A DNA stretch of 53,513 nucleotides from Rhizobacter sp. (lineage in GTDB: Bacteria > Pseudomonadota > Gammaproteobacteria > Burkholderiales > Burkholderiaceae_C). Made by a program: the position numbers and the translations under genes. Under the pieces are notes generated by a model that saw only the letters and a program-made list of their open reading frames with translations, had not been told where the DNA came from and searched no databases. Where the stretch lies: contig JANNKS010000051.1 of the NCBI GenBank assembly GCA_031396425.1, forward strand, positions 1 through 53,513, read 5' to 3'. This document shows, piece after piece, positions 30,369 through 40,307 of the stretch. Position 1 is the stretch's first letter. Every line of letters begins with the position of its first letter.

Positions 30369-30540
30369 GCGGGTGGGCGAAGCGGATGGGCCATTGTCGC
30401 GGCGCGGAGCCCGGGCGCGGCCGACAGCGGCGCGAACCTTGGGCCACACCACCACCTCACCACCGTCATCACGACAGCGATTGCGCGGCGGCTTCGGCTG
30501 GGGTAAGTTCGCGGCCTCCGAGTCATCGCCGAGACAGGGT

Positions 30541-31227
30541 TTGAACAGACTGAGCATCATCGCCGCCGGCCTGCTGGGGTTTGCGTTGATTGCCGTTGCG
30601 TGTGTTTGGCAGCAGAGCAGCGAGCTGGCAATCACAGCGCTGGCGGGTCGGCCCCCTGTGCACGCGGCGGCGAACGAAGCCCCGGCCACGGCACCCGCAA
30701 CGGCCACGCCGCTGCCTGGCCCGATGCTGCGCGCCGAGTTCGCCGATGCCACGCTGGTGCTGACCGGCCGGGTGCCCGATGAGGTGCTGCGCGATGCGGT
30801 CGTGGCACGAGCGGCCGCGCTGTACCCGACGACGCGGGTCACCGCGCGGATCGAGATCGTGCCCGTCACCCGCCCGCGCTGGCTCGCCATGCCATTTCCG
30901 CCCGACCTGCGCGACACGCACCGCGCCACAGCACTGCTGCAGGACGGGCGCCTGCTGATCGAAGGCGAAACCCGAACCGATGCCGCGAAGGCGCGCGTCG
31001 ATGCGGCGCTGCTCGCCTACCGCACGCCGGGCATCACGCTGGACAACCGCTTGAACAACGGCCTGGTCGACTCGGGCGCCGAGCCGGTGAACGATCTGTC
31101 GAGCCGCATCGATCTCAAACCGGCCTCGACCCGCAAAGCGGGCGTTGCCTCGCCATCGTCCAGCTGCCCTGAAGGCCGATCCACATCCCCGACCGACGGA
31201 ACCGCCCCATGCTCGAACTCGCGCTGA
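30541..31227 (+). CDS. Membrane-anchored hypothetical protein (start uncertain)
   Basis: I chose the TTG at 30541 because 'LNRLSIIAAGLLGFALIAVACVW' then forms an N-terminal anchor and a 172-bp divergent spacer remains. The product continues with an Ala/Pro-rich linker and two alpha/beta-looking repeats ('ATLVLTGRVPDEVLRDAVVARAAAL', 'GRLLIEGETRTDAAKARVDAALLAY'). Alternative in-frame starts exist upstream. Confidence 0.4.
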   Translation: MNRLSIIAAGLLGFALIAVACVWQQSSELAITALAGRPPVHAAANEAPATAPATATPLPGPMLRAEFADATLVLTGRVPDEVLRDAVVARAAALYPTTRVTARIEIVPVTRPRWLAMPFPPDLRDTHRATALLQDGRLLIEGETRTDAAKARVDAALLAYRTPGITLDNRLNNGLVDSGAEPVNDLSSRIDLKPASTRKAGVASPSSSCPEGRSTSPTDGTAPCSNSR

Positions 31228-31904
31228 AAATCGTTCCCTGGCTCGCCCTCGCTGCGCTGCTGGGGTTTGTGGTGGCCTGGTTGCTGCGCGGGCTGCAACT
31301 GGCCGAATTGAAAGCGCAACTGGAGCACCTCGAAGCCGAGCACAGCGTGCGCGAACACGAATTGGGCAGCTCGCGACGCACCCTTGACGCAGCGCTCGAG
31401 CGCGTCGCGAGTCTCGAACGTCAAGTCACGACGATCATGCGCACCGAATCTGCCCGGTCCGAATCAGCCAGCCGGGCGGCGCGCGGCGCGCACGCGGCAA
31501 ATCCGGGCGAATTGTCTTCACCAATGCAGACAGCGTCGGCAACGCCCCCCATGCATGGACGAGCGCGCGATGCCGCTGCCGACGCAGCAGTTCGCGGCGA
31601 GGGCGCGCGCCGCGCGGATGGAGTCGAGCCGGGTGCCAGCGGCGACGACCTGACCTGCATCTACGGTGTCGGGCCGGTGCTCGCCAAGATGCTGCACCGG
31701 CTCGGCGTCCACCAATTCAGGCAGGTGGCGCAGTGGAGCGAGGCCGACATCGACTTCTTCGACGCCCAGCTCGAACGCTTCCGCGGCCGCATCCGGCGCG
31801 AAAACTGGGTTCGCAGCGCGGCCGAAGAACACCACAAGAAGTATGGCGAATGGCTGGGCAGCGGCACTGCGGCGCCAGTGATGCGGGAGGCGCTGCACGA
31901 TTGA
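31209..31904 (+). CDS. Membrane-anchored coiled-coil protein with a C-terminal helix-hairpin-helix-like module
   Basis: The TM anchor is 'IVPWLALAALLGFVVAWLL' and the coiled coil is 'LQLAELKAQLEHLEAEH'. The C-terminal 'DDLTCIYGVGPVLAKMLHRLGVHQFRQVAQWSEADIDFFDAQLERFRGRIRRENWVRSA' resembles, as far as I recall, the HhH module at the C-terminus of long NuoE proteins. The gene overlaps the previous ORF by 19 nt. Confidence 0.55.
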   Translation: MLELALKIVPWLALAALLGFVVAWLLRGLQLAELKAQLEHLEAEHSVREHELGSSRRTLDAALERVASLERQVTTIMRTESARSESASRAARGAHAANPGELSSPMQTASATPPMHGRARDAAADAAVRGEGARRADGVEPGASGDDLTCIYGVGPVLAKMLHRLGVHQFRQVAQWSEADIDFFDAQLERFRGRIRRENWVRSAAEEHHKKYGEWLGSGTAAPVMREALHD

Positions 31905-32100
31905 GCGTTGCCGGCACCGGATCGGAAGTGGGTTCTGGCGTCAAGCCCGCGTGTCGGTGTTGCGGCCCGTCGCCGCGGCACTTTCACACGCGTCGGGCCG
32001 CGCCGATGCAAACAGGCGTTGTGATGCCGGTTATTTCGGTGAATCGCGGCGCGCCGCTGCCGATAGTCTTGGCATCACATTGCATCCGAGGCTGAACCCC

Positions 32101-32406
32101 ATGCGCCAACCCCACCCCCAACACCACGTTGCTTCATTGAACCGCCTGCTCGCCTACAACGGCAGCATCGAATGGGAAGAACTGCCATCGCTGGCCGATT
32201 CGCTGGCGCTGCGCCTGATCGACGATGCCAAGCGCCGGCAGCCGCAGGCCCAATACACGTCGGTGTGGGACAACACCCTGCCCGCCGATCTGGACCTGCT
32301 GGTGCCGGCCCAACCGTTCCGCGAAACCTTGCATGGCCTGGTGCAACGCGAGGTGCTCGAGCCCGACGTGTTCCGCCATTTCTTCGGCGCCACCGCGCAC
32401 GCCTGA
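32101..32406 (+). CDS. Small hypothetical protein (101 aa)
   Basis: ATG at 32101 with GAGG 10 nt upstream. Codon usage is coding-like (G/C at third positions). I recognise no motif. Confidence 0.4.
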   Translation: MRQPHPQHHVASLNRLLAYNGSIEWEELPSLADSLALRLIDDAKRRQPQAQYTSVWDNTLPADLDLLVPAQPFRETLHGLVQREVLEPDVFRHFFGATAHA

Positions 32407-32465
32407 GCCGGTATGCTGTGGGGCAACCCACAGCGGGTGTGCGCCTGCACACCCCCACCGTCGCC

Positions 32466-33032
32466 TTGAACCCGCCCGCTCCACCCCATCCCGTCCCCGC
32501 CCTCGCGCCCCCGCCGGCGCTCAAGCCCTACCGCTACTACTGGGAAGACTTCCCCGTCGGCAGCGTGCGCGAATTCGGCGCCATGCCGGTCACGCGCGAG
32601 GCCAGCATCGCCTTCGCGCGCGAATTCGACCCGCAGCCGTTTCACCTCGACGACGAAGCCGCCCGCGGCTCGCTGTTCGGCGCGCTGTGCACGAGCGGCT
32701 GGCACACCTGCGCGATGGCGATGCGCATGATGTGCGACGACTACCTGCTCGAGACCGCCAGCCTGGGCTCGCCGGGCATCGACGAGCTGCGCTGGCTCAA
32801 ACCCGTCTTTCCAGGCGACACGTTGCGCGGGCGGGTCGAGATTCTCGAAGCGCGCCCCATGGCCAGCCGCCCCGGCGTCGGGCTGGTGCGGTCGACCTGG
32901 CAACTGTCGAACCAGCACGGCGAGCCGGTGCTGAGCATGAAGGGCTGGGGCATGTACCGTCGCCGTCCTGTCACCGATGCGGCACCCGACGCGCTGCCGC
33001 CACAGCCGACCGGCGCCGACGCCGCGCCCTGA
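32466..33032 (+). CDS. MaoC-family (R-hydratase-like hotdog) dehydratase
   Basis: 'FAREFDPQPFHLDDEAA', 'GALCTSGWHTCAMAM' and 'LRWLKPVFPGDTL' are typical MaoC_dehydratas blocks. The start is uncertain: TTG 32466 or GTG 32439. Confidence 0.8.
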   Translation: MNPPAPPHPVPALAPPPALKPYRYYWEDFPVGSVREFGAMPVTREASIAFAREFDPQPFHLDDEAARGSLFGALCTSGWHTCAMAMRMMCDDYLLETASLGSPGIDELRWLKPVFPGDTLRGRVEILEARPMASRPGVGLVRSTWQLSNQHGEPVLSMKGWGMYRRRPVTDAAPDALPPQPTGADAAP

Positions 33033-33038
33033 CCCGGC

Positions 33039-33917
33039 ATGCTGCACCTCGACAGCGCGCAAGGCCGGCGCGTCGGCATCGGGCTGGTCACGCTCACAAC
33101 GCTGTGTTTCGCCACGCTCGACGCGAGTGCGAAATGGCTGATCCAGACCCTGCCGGTGCTGGAAGTGGTGTGGCTGCGCTTCCTGTTCCACACGCTGCTC
33201 ACCTCGGCGCTGCTCGCACCGGTCTACGGCCGCGACATGCTGCGGCTGCGCCGGCCGGGGTTGCACCTGCTGCGCGCGCTGATGCTCGCATCGATGACTG
33301 CCCTCAACTTCTGGGCTCTGCAGTATCTGCAACTGGCCGAGACCGGCGCGATCCAGTTCTCGGTGCCGCTGTTGATCGCGCTGTTCAGTGCCTGGTGGCT
33401 GGGTGAACGCCTGGACTGGAAGCGATGGCTCGCGATCCTGGTCGGGTTCGCCGGCGTGTTGCTGGTGATTCGGCCCGGCACGCAGGGCTTTCATCCGGCG
33501 ATCCTGCTGTCGGTGCTGAACGCCTTGCTCTATGCGGGCTTCAACATGCTGGCGCGCAGCATGGCAGCCACCGAGTCACCCGCCGCCACGCAACTGATGT
33601 CGGCCCTGGGCGCGACCGTCGTGCTGGCGCCGTTTGCGCTGGCGCAGTGGCAAACGCCGCCGACGCTGCAGGCCTGGGCGCTGCTGATCGGCTGCGGGCT
33701 GTTCGGCGGGTTCGGCCACTTTTTCGTCGCCCAGGCGCACCGCTACGCTTCGGCCGCCACGCTCGGGCCGTTTCTGTACCAGCAGATTCTCTACATGACG
33801 CTGTGGGGCTGGCTGCTGTTCGGGCAGGTGCCCGATGCCCCGGTTCTGATAGGCGCGGCGATCGTCGTCGCCAGCGGCCTGGCGCTGCTGTGGATCGAGA
33901 TGCGCCGCAGCGCCTGA
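33039..33917 (+). CDS. DMT-superfamily (EamA-like) transporter
   Basis: 292 aa with 10 hydrophobic helices in two EamA-like repeats. Confidence 0.85.
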   Translation: MLHLDSAQGRRVGIGLVTLTTLCFATLDASAKWLIQTLPVLEVVWLRFLFHTLLTSALLAPVYGRDMLRLRRPGLHLLRALMLASMTALNFWALQYLQLAETGAIQFSVPLLIALFSAWWLGERLDWKRWLAILVGFAGVLLVIRPGTQGFHPAILLSVLNALLYAGFNMLARSMAATESPAATQLMSALGATVVLAPFALAQWQTPPTLQAWALLIGCGLFGGFGHFFVAQAHRYASAATLGPFLYQQILYMTLWGWLLFGQVPDAPVLIGAAIVVASGLALLWIEMRRSA

Positions 33918-33994
33918 CCCGCTAACGCCGCAATACCCGGCGCGCCGCGCGTCTTCGTGGCACGATGGCGCGTCGTGTTGGACGCGGAGGCGCC

Positions 33995-34987
33995 ATGAAC
34001 CCGTTGACCCGCCGAAATTGCCTGGCCGGTTCGGCCGCGCTGGTGCTGCCCTGGGCCGGCATCACGCCGACGCTGGGCGCGAGCGAATCGCGCCTGCAAA
34101 GCTGGCCGCTGGCGACGCCGCGCCCGACCGGCATTCATGACCTCGCCCCCGCGCCCGACGGCGGCGTGTGGTTCACCGCCCAAAGCAGCGGCCACCTCGG
34201 CTGGTTCGACCCGAAGAGCGGCCGCACCGAGCTCATCAACCTCGGGTTTCGCTCGTCGCCGCACGGCGTGATCCAGGGGCCCGACCAGGCGGCCTGGATC
34301 ACCGACAGCGGCCAGAACGCGATTGTTCGGGTGGCCTGGCCGAGCCGCGAACAACGTGTCTACGCGCTGCCGCCGGAGACGCCGTACGCGAACCTGAACA
34401 CCTGCGCTTTCGATGGCGACGGCGACCTGTGGTTCACCGGCCAGAGCGGGGTGGTCGGCAAGGTCGCAATCAAGACCGGCGCGGTCAGCCTGCGCGACGC
34501 ACCGAAGGGCCGCGGGCCGTACGGCATCTGTGCGACGCCGGCGGGCGAGGTCTGGTGGTGTTCATTGGCCGGCTCGTTCATTGCCCGCGTCGACCGCCGC
34601 ACCGGCGACTCGGTGGTGGTGCCACCCCCCACCGCCGACCAGGGCGCACGGCGGGTCTGGAGCGACAGCCGCGGCCGCATCTGGGTCAGCGAATGGAATT
34701 CCGGCCAGGTGTCGGTGCACGACCCGGCGGCAAAGACCTGGAAAGCGTGGAAGCTGCCTGGCACGAACCCACGCTGCTACGCGGTCTACGTCGATGCGCG
34801 CGACCAGGTCTGGCTGAGCGAGTGGAGCGGCAACGCGATGTTTCGCTTCGACCCGGCCAGCGAAAGCTTCGAGCGCTTCGGCTTCCCCCGCGAATCGACC
34901 AACATCCGGCAGATCCTCGGGCGCACGGGCGAGGTCTGGCTGCCCGAAAGCGGCACCGAACACATCAGCGTGATTCGCACCGCGTAG
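33995..34987 (+). CDS. Tat-exported beta-propeller protein, virginiamycin-B-lyase (Vgb)-like
   Basis: The ATG at 33995 gives 'MNPLTRRNCLAGSAALVLPWAG', a twin-arginine-type signal. Repeated blades ('GPYGICATPAGEVWW', 'GARRVWSDSRGRIWVSEW', 'RCYAVYVDARDQVWLSEW') follow the Vgb/SMP-30-like propeller pattern. Confidence 0.7.
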   Translation: MNPLTRRNCLAGSAALVLPWAGITPTLGASESRLQSWPLATPRPTGIHDLAPAPDGGVWFTAQSSGHLGWFDPKSGRTELINLGFRSSPHGVIQGPDQAAWITDSGQNAIVRVAWPSREQRVYALPPETPYANLNTCAFDGDGDLWFTGQSGVVGKVAIKTGAVSLRDAPKGRGPYGICATPAGEVWWCSLAGSFIARVDRRTGDSVVVPPPTADQGARRVWSDSRGRIWVSEWNSGQVSVHDPAAKTWKAWKLPGTNPRCYAVYVDARDQVWLSEWSGNAMFRFDPASESFERFGFPRESTNIRQILGRTGEVWLPESGTEHISVIRTA

Positions 34988-35456
34988 CCGCCTCGCCCGC
35001 AGCCGGCGCAGCACGCCCCTGCGCCACCTTGAGCAGCAGCTCGATCAGCAGCGCGCGCTCGGCGGCCGACAGCGCCGTCAGCGCCGCGTTTTCCATCGTC
35101 GCCGCAATGCGTTCGGCGCGTTTGACGAACTCGCGCCCGGCCGGCGTGAGGTGGATGAGCTGGGCGCGCCGGTCGTGGGTCGCGCGCACCCGCTCGACCC
35201 AGCCGCGCTCGACCAGGCGGTCGAGCGTGATCGCCATGTTGGGCGCCGACACATCGAGCGCAGCGCCCAGCTCTTTCTGGTTCACGTCCGGGTTGGACGC
35301 CACCAGCACCAGGATGGAAAACTCCACCGCCTTGAGCTCGAGCGGCCCGAGGTGGCGCGCGAAGGTCTTTTTCAGCTCGATCGACGCCCGGCTCGCGGCG
35401 TATCCGACCAGGTGGGTCAGCCGGGACTGGTCGAGCCGCCGCGGGGTCGATGCCAT
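34965..35456 (-). CDS. MarR-family transcriptional regulator
   Basis: 163 aa. The wHTH is 'FSILVLVASNPDVNQKELGAALDVSAPNMAITLDRLVERGWVERVRATHDRRAQLIHLT'. It is the last gene of the operon that starts at 43512. Confidence 0.85.
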   Translation of the reverse strand: MASTPRRLDQSRLTHLVGYAASRASIELKKTFARHLGPLELKAVEFSILVLVASNPDVNQKELGAALDVSAPNMAITLDRLVERGWVERVRATHDRRAQLIHLTPAGREFVKRAERIAATMENAALTALSAAERALLIELLLKVAQGRAAPAAGEAATRCESR

Positions 35457-35459
35457 GCG

Positions 35460-36197
35460 TCAGGTCGCGCGCGCGCGCGCCGCACCGAGGTAGGTGTCGA
35501 TCACGCGCGAATCGCGCGCCAGTTGTTCGGCCGGGCCTTCGAGCGCGATTTCGCCCATCTCGAGCACGTAGGCGTGGTCGGCCACTTCGAGCGCGGCGCG
35601 CGCGTTCTGCTCGACCAGCAGAATCGTCACGCCGGTGCGGCGCAGGCCGGCGATGGTGTTGAAGATGTCGCGCACCACCAGCGGCGCCAGGCCCAGGCTG
35701 GGTTCGTCGAGCATCAGCAGGTCGGGCTTGCCCATCAGCGCGCGGCCCACCGCGAGCATCTGGCGCTCGCCGCCCGACAAGGTGCCGGCCAACTGGGCGC
35801 GGCGCTCCTTCAGGCGCGGGAACAGGCTGAACACCTGCTCGAGCATCTGTGCGCCGTCCTTGGCCCCGCGCCGCGCCTGCCGATAACCGCCCAGCAACAG
35901 GTTGTCTTCGACCGGCATGGTGCCGAACAACGCGCGGATTTCGGGCACCAGCGCGATGCCGAGCATGACGCGCTCCTCGAGCGTCTGGCGCGCAATCGAC
36001 GCGCCACGGTAGTGAACCTGGCCACGCGCCGGCAAGATGCCCATCAGGGCATTGAGCAGGGTCGACTTGCCCGCGCCGTTCGGGCCGATCACCGTCACCA
36101 CGCTGCCGGCGCGCGCCTGCAGTGCCAGGCCGTGCAACACTTCGGCGCGGCCATAGCCGGCGTGCAGGCCTTTCACGTCGAGCAGCAGATCGCCCAT
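35460..36197 (-). CDS. ABC transporter ATP-binding protein, LivF-like
   Basis: Walker A '[11 protein letters not shown]', signature 'LSGGERQML', Walker B 'LLMLDEPS', and the LivF-type end 'DTYLGA'. Confidence 0.9.
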   Translation of the reverse strand: MGDLLLDVKGLHAGYGRAEVLHGLALQARAGSVVTVIGPNGAGKSTLLNALMGILPARGQVHYRGASIARQTLEERVMLGIALVPEIRALFGTMPVEDNLLLGGYRQARRGAKDGAQMLEQVFSLFPRLKERRAQLAGTLSGGERQMLAVGRALMGKPDLLMLDEPSLGLAPLVVRDIFNTIAGLRRTGVTILLVEQNARAALEVADHAYVLEMGEIALEGPAEQLARDSRVIDTYLGAARARAT

Positions 36198-36198
36198 T

Positions 36199-37962
36199 TC
36201 AATGCTCCGTGCCGAGATAAGCGGCGCGCACCGCCGGGCTGGCCTGAACTTCCTGCGGCGTGCCCTCGATCAGCTTGGTGCCGAACTCCATCACCACCGC
36301 GCGGTCGACCAGGCCCATCACCAGGTCCATGTCGTGCTCGACCAGCAGGATCGCCATGCCCTCGGCGCGCAACTGGCGCAGCACGCCGGCGAGCGCCTGC
36401 TTTTCCTTCAGGCGCAGCCCGGCGGCGGGTTCGTCGAGCAGGAGCAATGTCGGGTCGGCGCACAGCGCGCGCGCAATCTCCATCAGGCGTTGCGGGCCCA
36501 GCGCCAGGTTGCCGGCAAGTTGGTGCATGTGGCCGGCCATGCCGATGCGTTCGAGCTGGCGCTGCGCCTCGCGCATCAGCGCGCGCTCTTCGGCGCGGTC
36601 CAGGCGCAGCATCGCCGCGGCCACGCCGCTGCGGCCGCGCAGGTGGGCGCCGAGCGCAACGTTCTCCAGCACCGTCATGCCGGCGATCATCTTCACATGC
36701 TGAAAGGTGCGCGCCACGCCACGGCTGGCGATGGCACGCGAAGGCAGGTGCTGGATCGCCTCGCCGTTCAACCGCACTTCACCGCGGGTGGCCTGCAGCA
36801 CGCCGGTGATCAGGTTGAAGGTGGTCGACTTGCCGGCGCCGTTCGGCCCGATGAGGCCGAGGATTTCGCCGGCGCGCACCTGGAAGCTCACGTCGTTCAC
36901 CGCGACCAGGCCGCCGAACTCCTTGCGCGCTGCCTGCACGTCGAGCACGGTCTGGCCGGCGGGTGGTTTGGGCCGCTCGGCCAGCGCCGGTGCGTCGGCC
37001 CAGTCGACCTTGCGCTGCACGCTGGGCAGGCGCGCTTCGACGAAGGCCCACAGGCCATCACGCGCGTACTGCAACACCACCACCAGCAGCACACCGAAGA
37101 CGATGATTTCGTAGTTGCCGCTGGTGCCCATGAGGCGCGGCAACCAGGCCTGCAACTGCTCCTCCATGATCGTGACGACCCCCGCGCCCACCAGCGCGCC
37201 CCAGACATGGCCGACGCCGCCGATCACCGCCATGAACAGGTATTCGATACCCTGGTTCAGGCCGAACGGCGAGGGGTTGACGGTGCGCTGGAAATGCGCG
37301 AACAACCAGCCCGACACGCTCGCCAGCAACGCCGCGAGCACGAAGGCGGTGACCTTGATGTGAAAGCTGTTCACTCCGAAGGCCTCGGCCATCGTGGTGC
37401 CGCCCTTCACGGCGCGCAGCGCCCGGCCGGTGCGCGAATCGAGCAGGTGCGTGATCGCCAGCGCAGCGGCGAGCACGATCAGCCACAGCAAGCCGTAGAA
37501 ACTGCGCCCACCGGCGAGTGACCAGCCGAACAGGTTCAGGGCCGGCACGCCGAGCAACCCGTCGTACTTGCCCAGGCCGTCGATGTTGCCGAGCAGGTAG
37601 TACAGGCTCAGCCCCCACGCGATCGTGGCCAGCGGCAAATAGTGGCCGGACATGCGCAGCGTCACCCAGCCCAGCAGCAGTGCGGCCGCGAAGGTGATGG
37701 CCAGGCCCACCCACACCGTGAGCCAGGGCGAAAGCCCGTGGCTGAGCGCGAGGTAGGCCGCGGTGTAGGCGCCAATGCCCACGAACGCGGCCTGGCCGAA
37801 CGACGTCAGCCCCGCCACGCCGGTGAGCAGCACCAGGCCAAGTGCCACCAGCGTGTACAGGCCGATCGTGTTCGCCTGGGTGATCCAGAACTCGGGCACC
37901 GGCAGCAGCGGGAACAACGCCACCAAGACCAGGAACACCCACAGGCACCGAGAGCGGGTCAT
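36199..37962 (-). CDS. Fused LivM-like permease / LivG-like ATPase
   Basis: 587 aa. The N-terminal ~330 aa are polytopic ('[16 protein letters not shown]'). The C-terminal ~255 aa carry '[16 protein letters not shown]', '[15 protein letters not shown]' and '[11 protein letters not shown]'. Confidence 0.9.
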   Translation of the reverse strand: MTRSRCLWVFLVLVALFPLLPVPEFWITQANTIGLYTLVALGLVLLTGVAGLTSFGQAAFVGIGAYTAAYLALSHGLSPWLTVWVGLAITFAAALLLGWVTLRMSGHYLPLATIAWGLSLYYLLGNIDGLGKYDGLLGVPALNLFGWSLAGGRSFYGLLWLIVLAAALAITHLLDSRTGRALRAVKGGTTMAEAFGVNSFHIKVTAFVLAALLASVSGWLFAHFQRTVNPSPFGLNQGIEYLFMAVIGGVGHVWGALVGAGVVTIMEEQLQAWLPRLMGTSGNYEIIVFGVLLVVVLQYARDGLWAFVEARLPSVQRKVDWADAPALAERPKPPAGQTVLDVQAARKEFGGLVAVNDVSFQVRAGEILGLIGPNGAGKSTTFNLITGVLQATRGEVRLNGEAIQHLPSRAIASRGVARTFQHVKMIAGMTVLENVALGAHLRGRSGVAAAMLRLDRAEERALMREAQRQLERIGMAGHMHQLAGNLALGPQRLMEIARALCADPTLLLLDEPAAGLRLKEKQALAGVLRQLRAEGMAILLVEHDMDLVMGLVDRAVVMEFGTKLIEGTPQEVQASPAVRAAYLGTEH

Positions 37963-37963
37963 A

Positions 37964-39004
37964 TCACTCGTCCTCGTCGTGGTGGCCGTGCTGGAACGAG
38001 CGCCACAGCAGCACCGGAATGATCAGCGTGAAGACAATCACTTCCTTGAAGGCACTCGCCCAGAACGAGCCGAAACTTTCGATCAGCCCGACGAACAGCG
38101 CGCCCAGCGCAGCCGCTGGGTAACTTGCGAGGCCGCCGAAGATCGCGGCGACGAAGCCCTTCAGACCGATCAGGAAACCCGAGTCGTAGAACAGCGTCGT
38201 CGCCGGCCCGATCAGCAGACCCGACAGCGCGCCGATGAAGGCGGCCAGACCGAAACTCAGCTTGCCTGCACCCGAGGTGGAGATGCCCATCAGCCGGGCG
38301 CCGAGCCGGTTCACCGCGGTGGCCCGCAAAGCCTTGCCGCGCAGGGTGCGTTCGAAGAACAGGAAGAGCGCCAGCATCAGCGCGACCGACACCATGAAGA
38401 TGATCAGCGTCTGGCCCGTCAGCGTGACCGGGCCGAGCGCGAAACGCGCGTCCCAGAAACTCGGGTTCCGGTAGCCCTCGGCGCCGAAGAACAGCAGGCC
38501 CAGGCCGGTGAGTGCGAAATGCGTGCCGACCGAGACGATCAACAGCACCAGCACCGTCGCGTCGGCCAGCTTCTGGTACGCCAGACGGTACACCAGCGGC
38601 CCGAGCGGCGTGACGAGGGCCAGCGTCAACAGGCACTGCAGCACCATCGGCCATTGGCGCGGCGCGGCCCAGACCGTGACCGCGCTGACCAGCACCGGAA
38701 ACGCCAGCGACCTGACGGCCCCGAGCGCCACCTGGCCGGCAGGGTGAGCGTTGCGCCAGGCCGCCACCGCGTCGAGCACGGCGGCCAGCGTGGCCAACCC
38801 GAGCAGCAGCCACACCGTGCCGGGCACCTGGCCGAGTTGCAGGATCGCCAGCGTGAGCGCCCCGTAGGCGACGAACTCGCCCTGCGGAATGAAGATCACG
38901 CGCGTCACCGCGAACACCAGCACGGTGGCCAGCGCGAGCAGCGCATAGACGGCGCCGTTCGTGATGCCGTCCAGCGTCAGGATGCTGGCGATCGAGAAGT
39001 CCAT
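37964..39004 (-). CDS. LivH-like ABC permease
   Basis: 346 aa, polytopic. The N-terminus '[34 protein letters not shown]' is typical of the family. Confidence 0.9.
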   Translation of the reverse strand: MDFSIASILTLDGITNGAVYALLALATVLVFAVTRVIFIPQGEFVAYGALTLAILQLGQVPGTVWLLLGLATLAAVLDAVAAWRNAHPAGQVALGAVRSLAFPVLVSAVTVWAAPRQWPMVLQCLLTLALVTPLGPLVYRLAYQKLADATVLVLLIVSVGTHFALTGLGLLFFGAEGYRNPSFWDARFALGPVTLTGQTLIIFMVSVALMLALFLFFERTLRGKALRATAVNRLGARLMGISTSGAGKLSFGLAAFIGALSGLLIGPATTLFYDSGFLIGLKGFVAAIFGGLASYPAAALGALFVGLIESFGSFWASAFKEVIVFTLIIPVLLWRSFQHGHHDEDE

Positions 39005-39109
39005 GACGGGTTGTCCGGCGCGCCGCCGTCCTGCCAGAGACGGGGACCCGGGATCACTCGCGACGCTGGCGCGCAGAACCCGGGAACTGGGGCAATACCG
39101 GCAAGGTTC

Positions 39110-40255
39110 CTATTCGACCTTCCAGTCGCCGTTCACCACTTTCAGCACCAGCCCGGTTTCGGTCGTGAAACCCCAGTGGTTGTCCTTCGTGTAGTTCAGC
39201 ACGCCGTGCGATACCACGGTGCGGCCCATCGTCTCGGTGGCGTCGCGGATTGCGGCGCGGAATTCCTTGGCGCCGGGCTTGGCTTTTTTCAGCGCCATCG
39301 GAATCACCTTTTCCAGCACCACCACGGCGTCGTACGCATGGCCGGCGAACTGGTTGCGGTTGCCCACGCCGTAGGCCTTTTCGTACTTCGCGACGAAATC
39401 GGCAGCGAGCGCCTTGGACGGGTGGTTCGCCGGCAACTGCTCGGGGATCACCGCCGGGCCCGAGGTGACGAACGCACCCTCGACGTCCTTGCCACCGATG
39501 CGCATCAGGTCGCGCGTGGCGGCCGCGTGGGTCTGGTAGATCTTGCCCTTGTAGCCGCGTTCGATCACCGCCTTGTGCGGCATCGCCGCGCCGCTGCCCG
39601 AGGCGACGATCAGCATCGCGTCGGGGTTGGCGCTGCTCAGCTTGAGCGCCTGTGCCGTCACGCTGGTGTCGGCGCGCGCGAAGCGTTCCACGGCGACGAT
39701 CTGCGGGCCGCCCAGCAGCGTCGACTGCGCCTTGAAGTCGTTCAGCCAGCTCTCGCCGTAGGCGTCGGTGTAGCCAAGGAAGCCGACGCTCTTGACGCCC
39801 TGCTTCTTCATGTGTTCGATCATGGCGTGCGCCATCACGGCGTTGCCCTGCGGCAGGCGGAACGCCCAGGCGTCCTTGCCGGCAGGCAACACGGCGGGCG
39901 AGAACATGAAATGCGGCGTGCCCGATTCGGCCACCACGTCGGACATCGCGATCGCCACCGGCGTCGCGGTAGAGCCCATGATGATGTCGGCCTGGTCTTC
40001 GGTGATGAACTTCTTCGCGTTGTTCACCCCCTTGGTCGGGTCGGTCGCATCGTCGAGCACGATCACCTTGAGCTTTTCACCCGCAATGCTGGTCGGCCAC
40101 AGCTTGATGTAGTTGCCCATCGGGATGCCCAGGCCGGACGCCGGGCCGGTCAGCGGCAGGCTGATGCCGATCGTGATGTCGGCCTGAGCGGCACTCGCAA
40201 AAGCCGCAACAACGGCCGCCACGAGGGCAGCCCGCAGGGGTTTGAAGGTTCGCAT
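39110..40255 (-). CDS. Periplasmic substrate-binding protein, LivJ/Leu-Ile-Val-binding (type I PBP) family
   Basis: The signal peptide is 'MRTFKPLRAALVAAVVAAFASAAQA'. 'ITIGISLPLTGPASGLG' and the overall length of 381 aa fit ABC SBP cluster-B proteins. Confidence 0.9.
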   Translation of the reverse strand: MRTFKPLRAALVAAVVAAFASAAQADITIGISLPLTGPASGLGIPMGNYIKLWPTSIAGEKLKVIVLDDATDPTKGVNNAKKFITEDQADIIMGSTATPVAIAMSDVVAESGTPHFMFSPAVLPAGKDAWAFRLPQGNAVMAHAMIEHMKKQGVKSVGFLGYTDAYGESWLNDFKAQSTLLGGPQIVAVERFARADTSVTAQALKLSSANPDAMLIVASGSGAAMPHKAVIERGYKGKIYQTHAAATRDLMRIGGKDVEGAFVTSGPAVIPEQLPANHPSKALAADFVAKYEKAYGVGNRNQFAGHAYDAVVVLEKVIPMALKKAKPGAKEFRAAIRDATETMGRTVVSHGVLNYTKDNHWGFTTETGLVLKVVNGDWKVE

Positions 40256-40307
40256 GGTGGGGGTTCTCCGTCGGGGTTGAGGGTTGGGGGGCGGTCGCGG
40301 CGGTGGT

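Noticed and set aside
30366-30369. The palindromic CATG where the exonuclease ATG (minus strand) and an in-frame ATG of the 30265-31227 ORF (plus strand) overlap, suggesting back-to-back overlapping start codons.
   Set aside because: Using that ATG adds ~58 Arg/Ser/Thr-rich residues with no features and leaves no promoter space. The TTG at 30541, directly before the TM anchor, is more plausible, although this is unproven.
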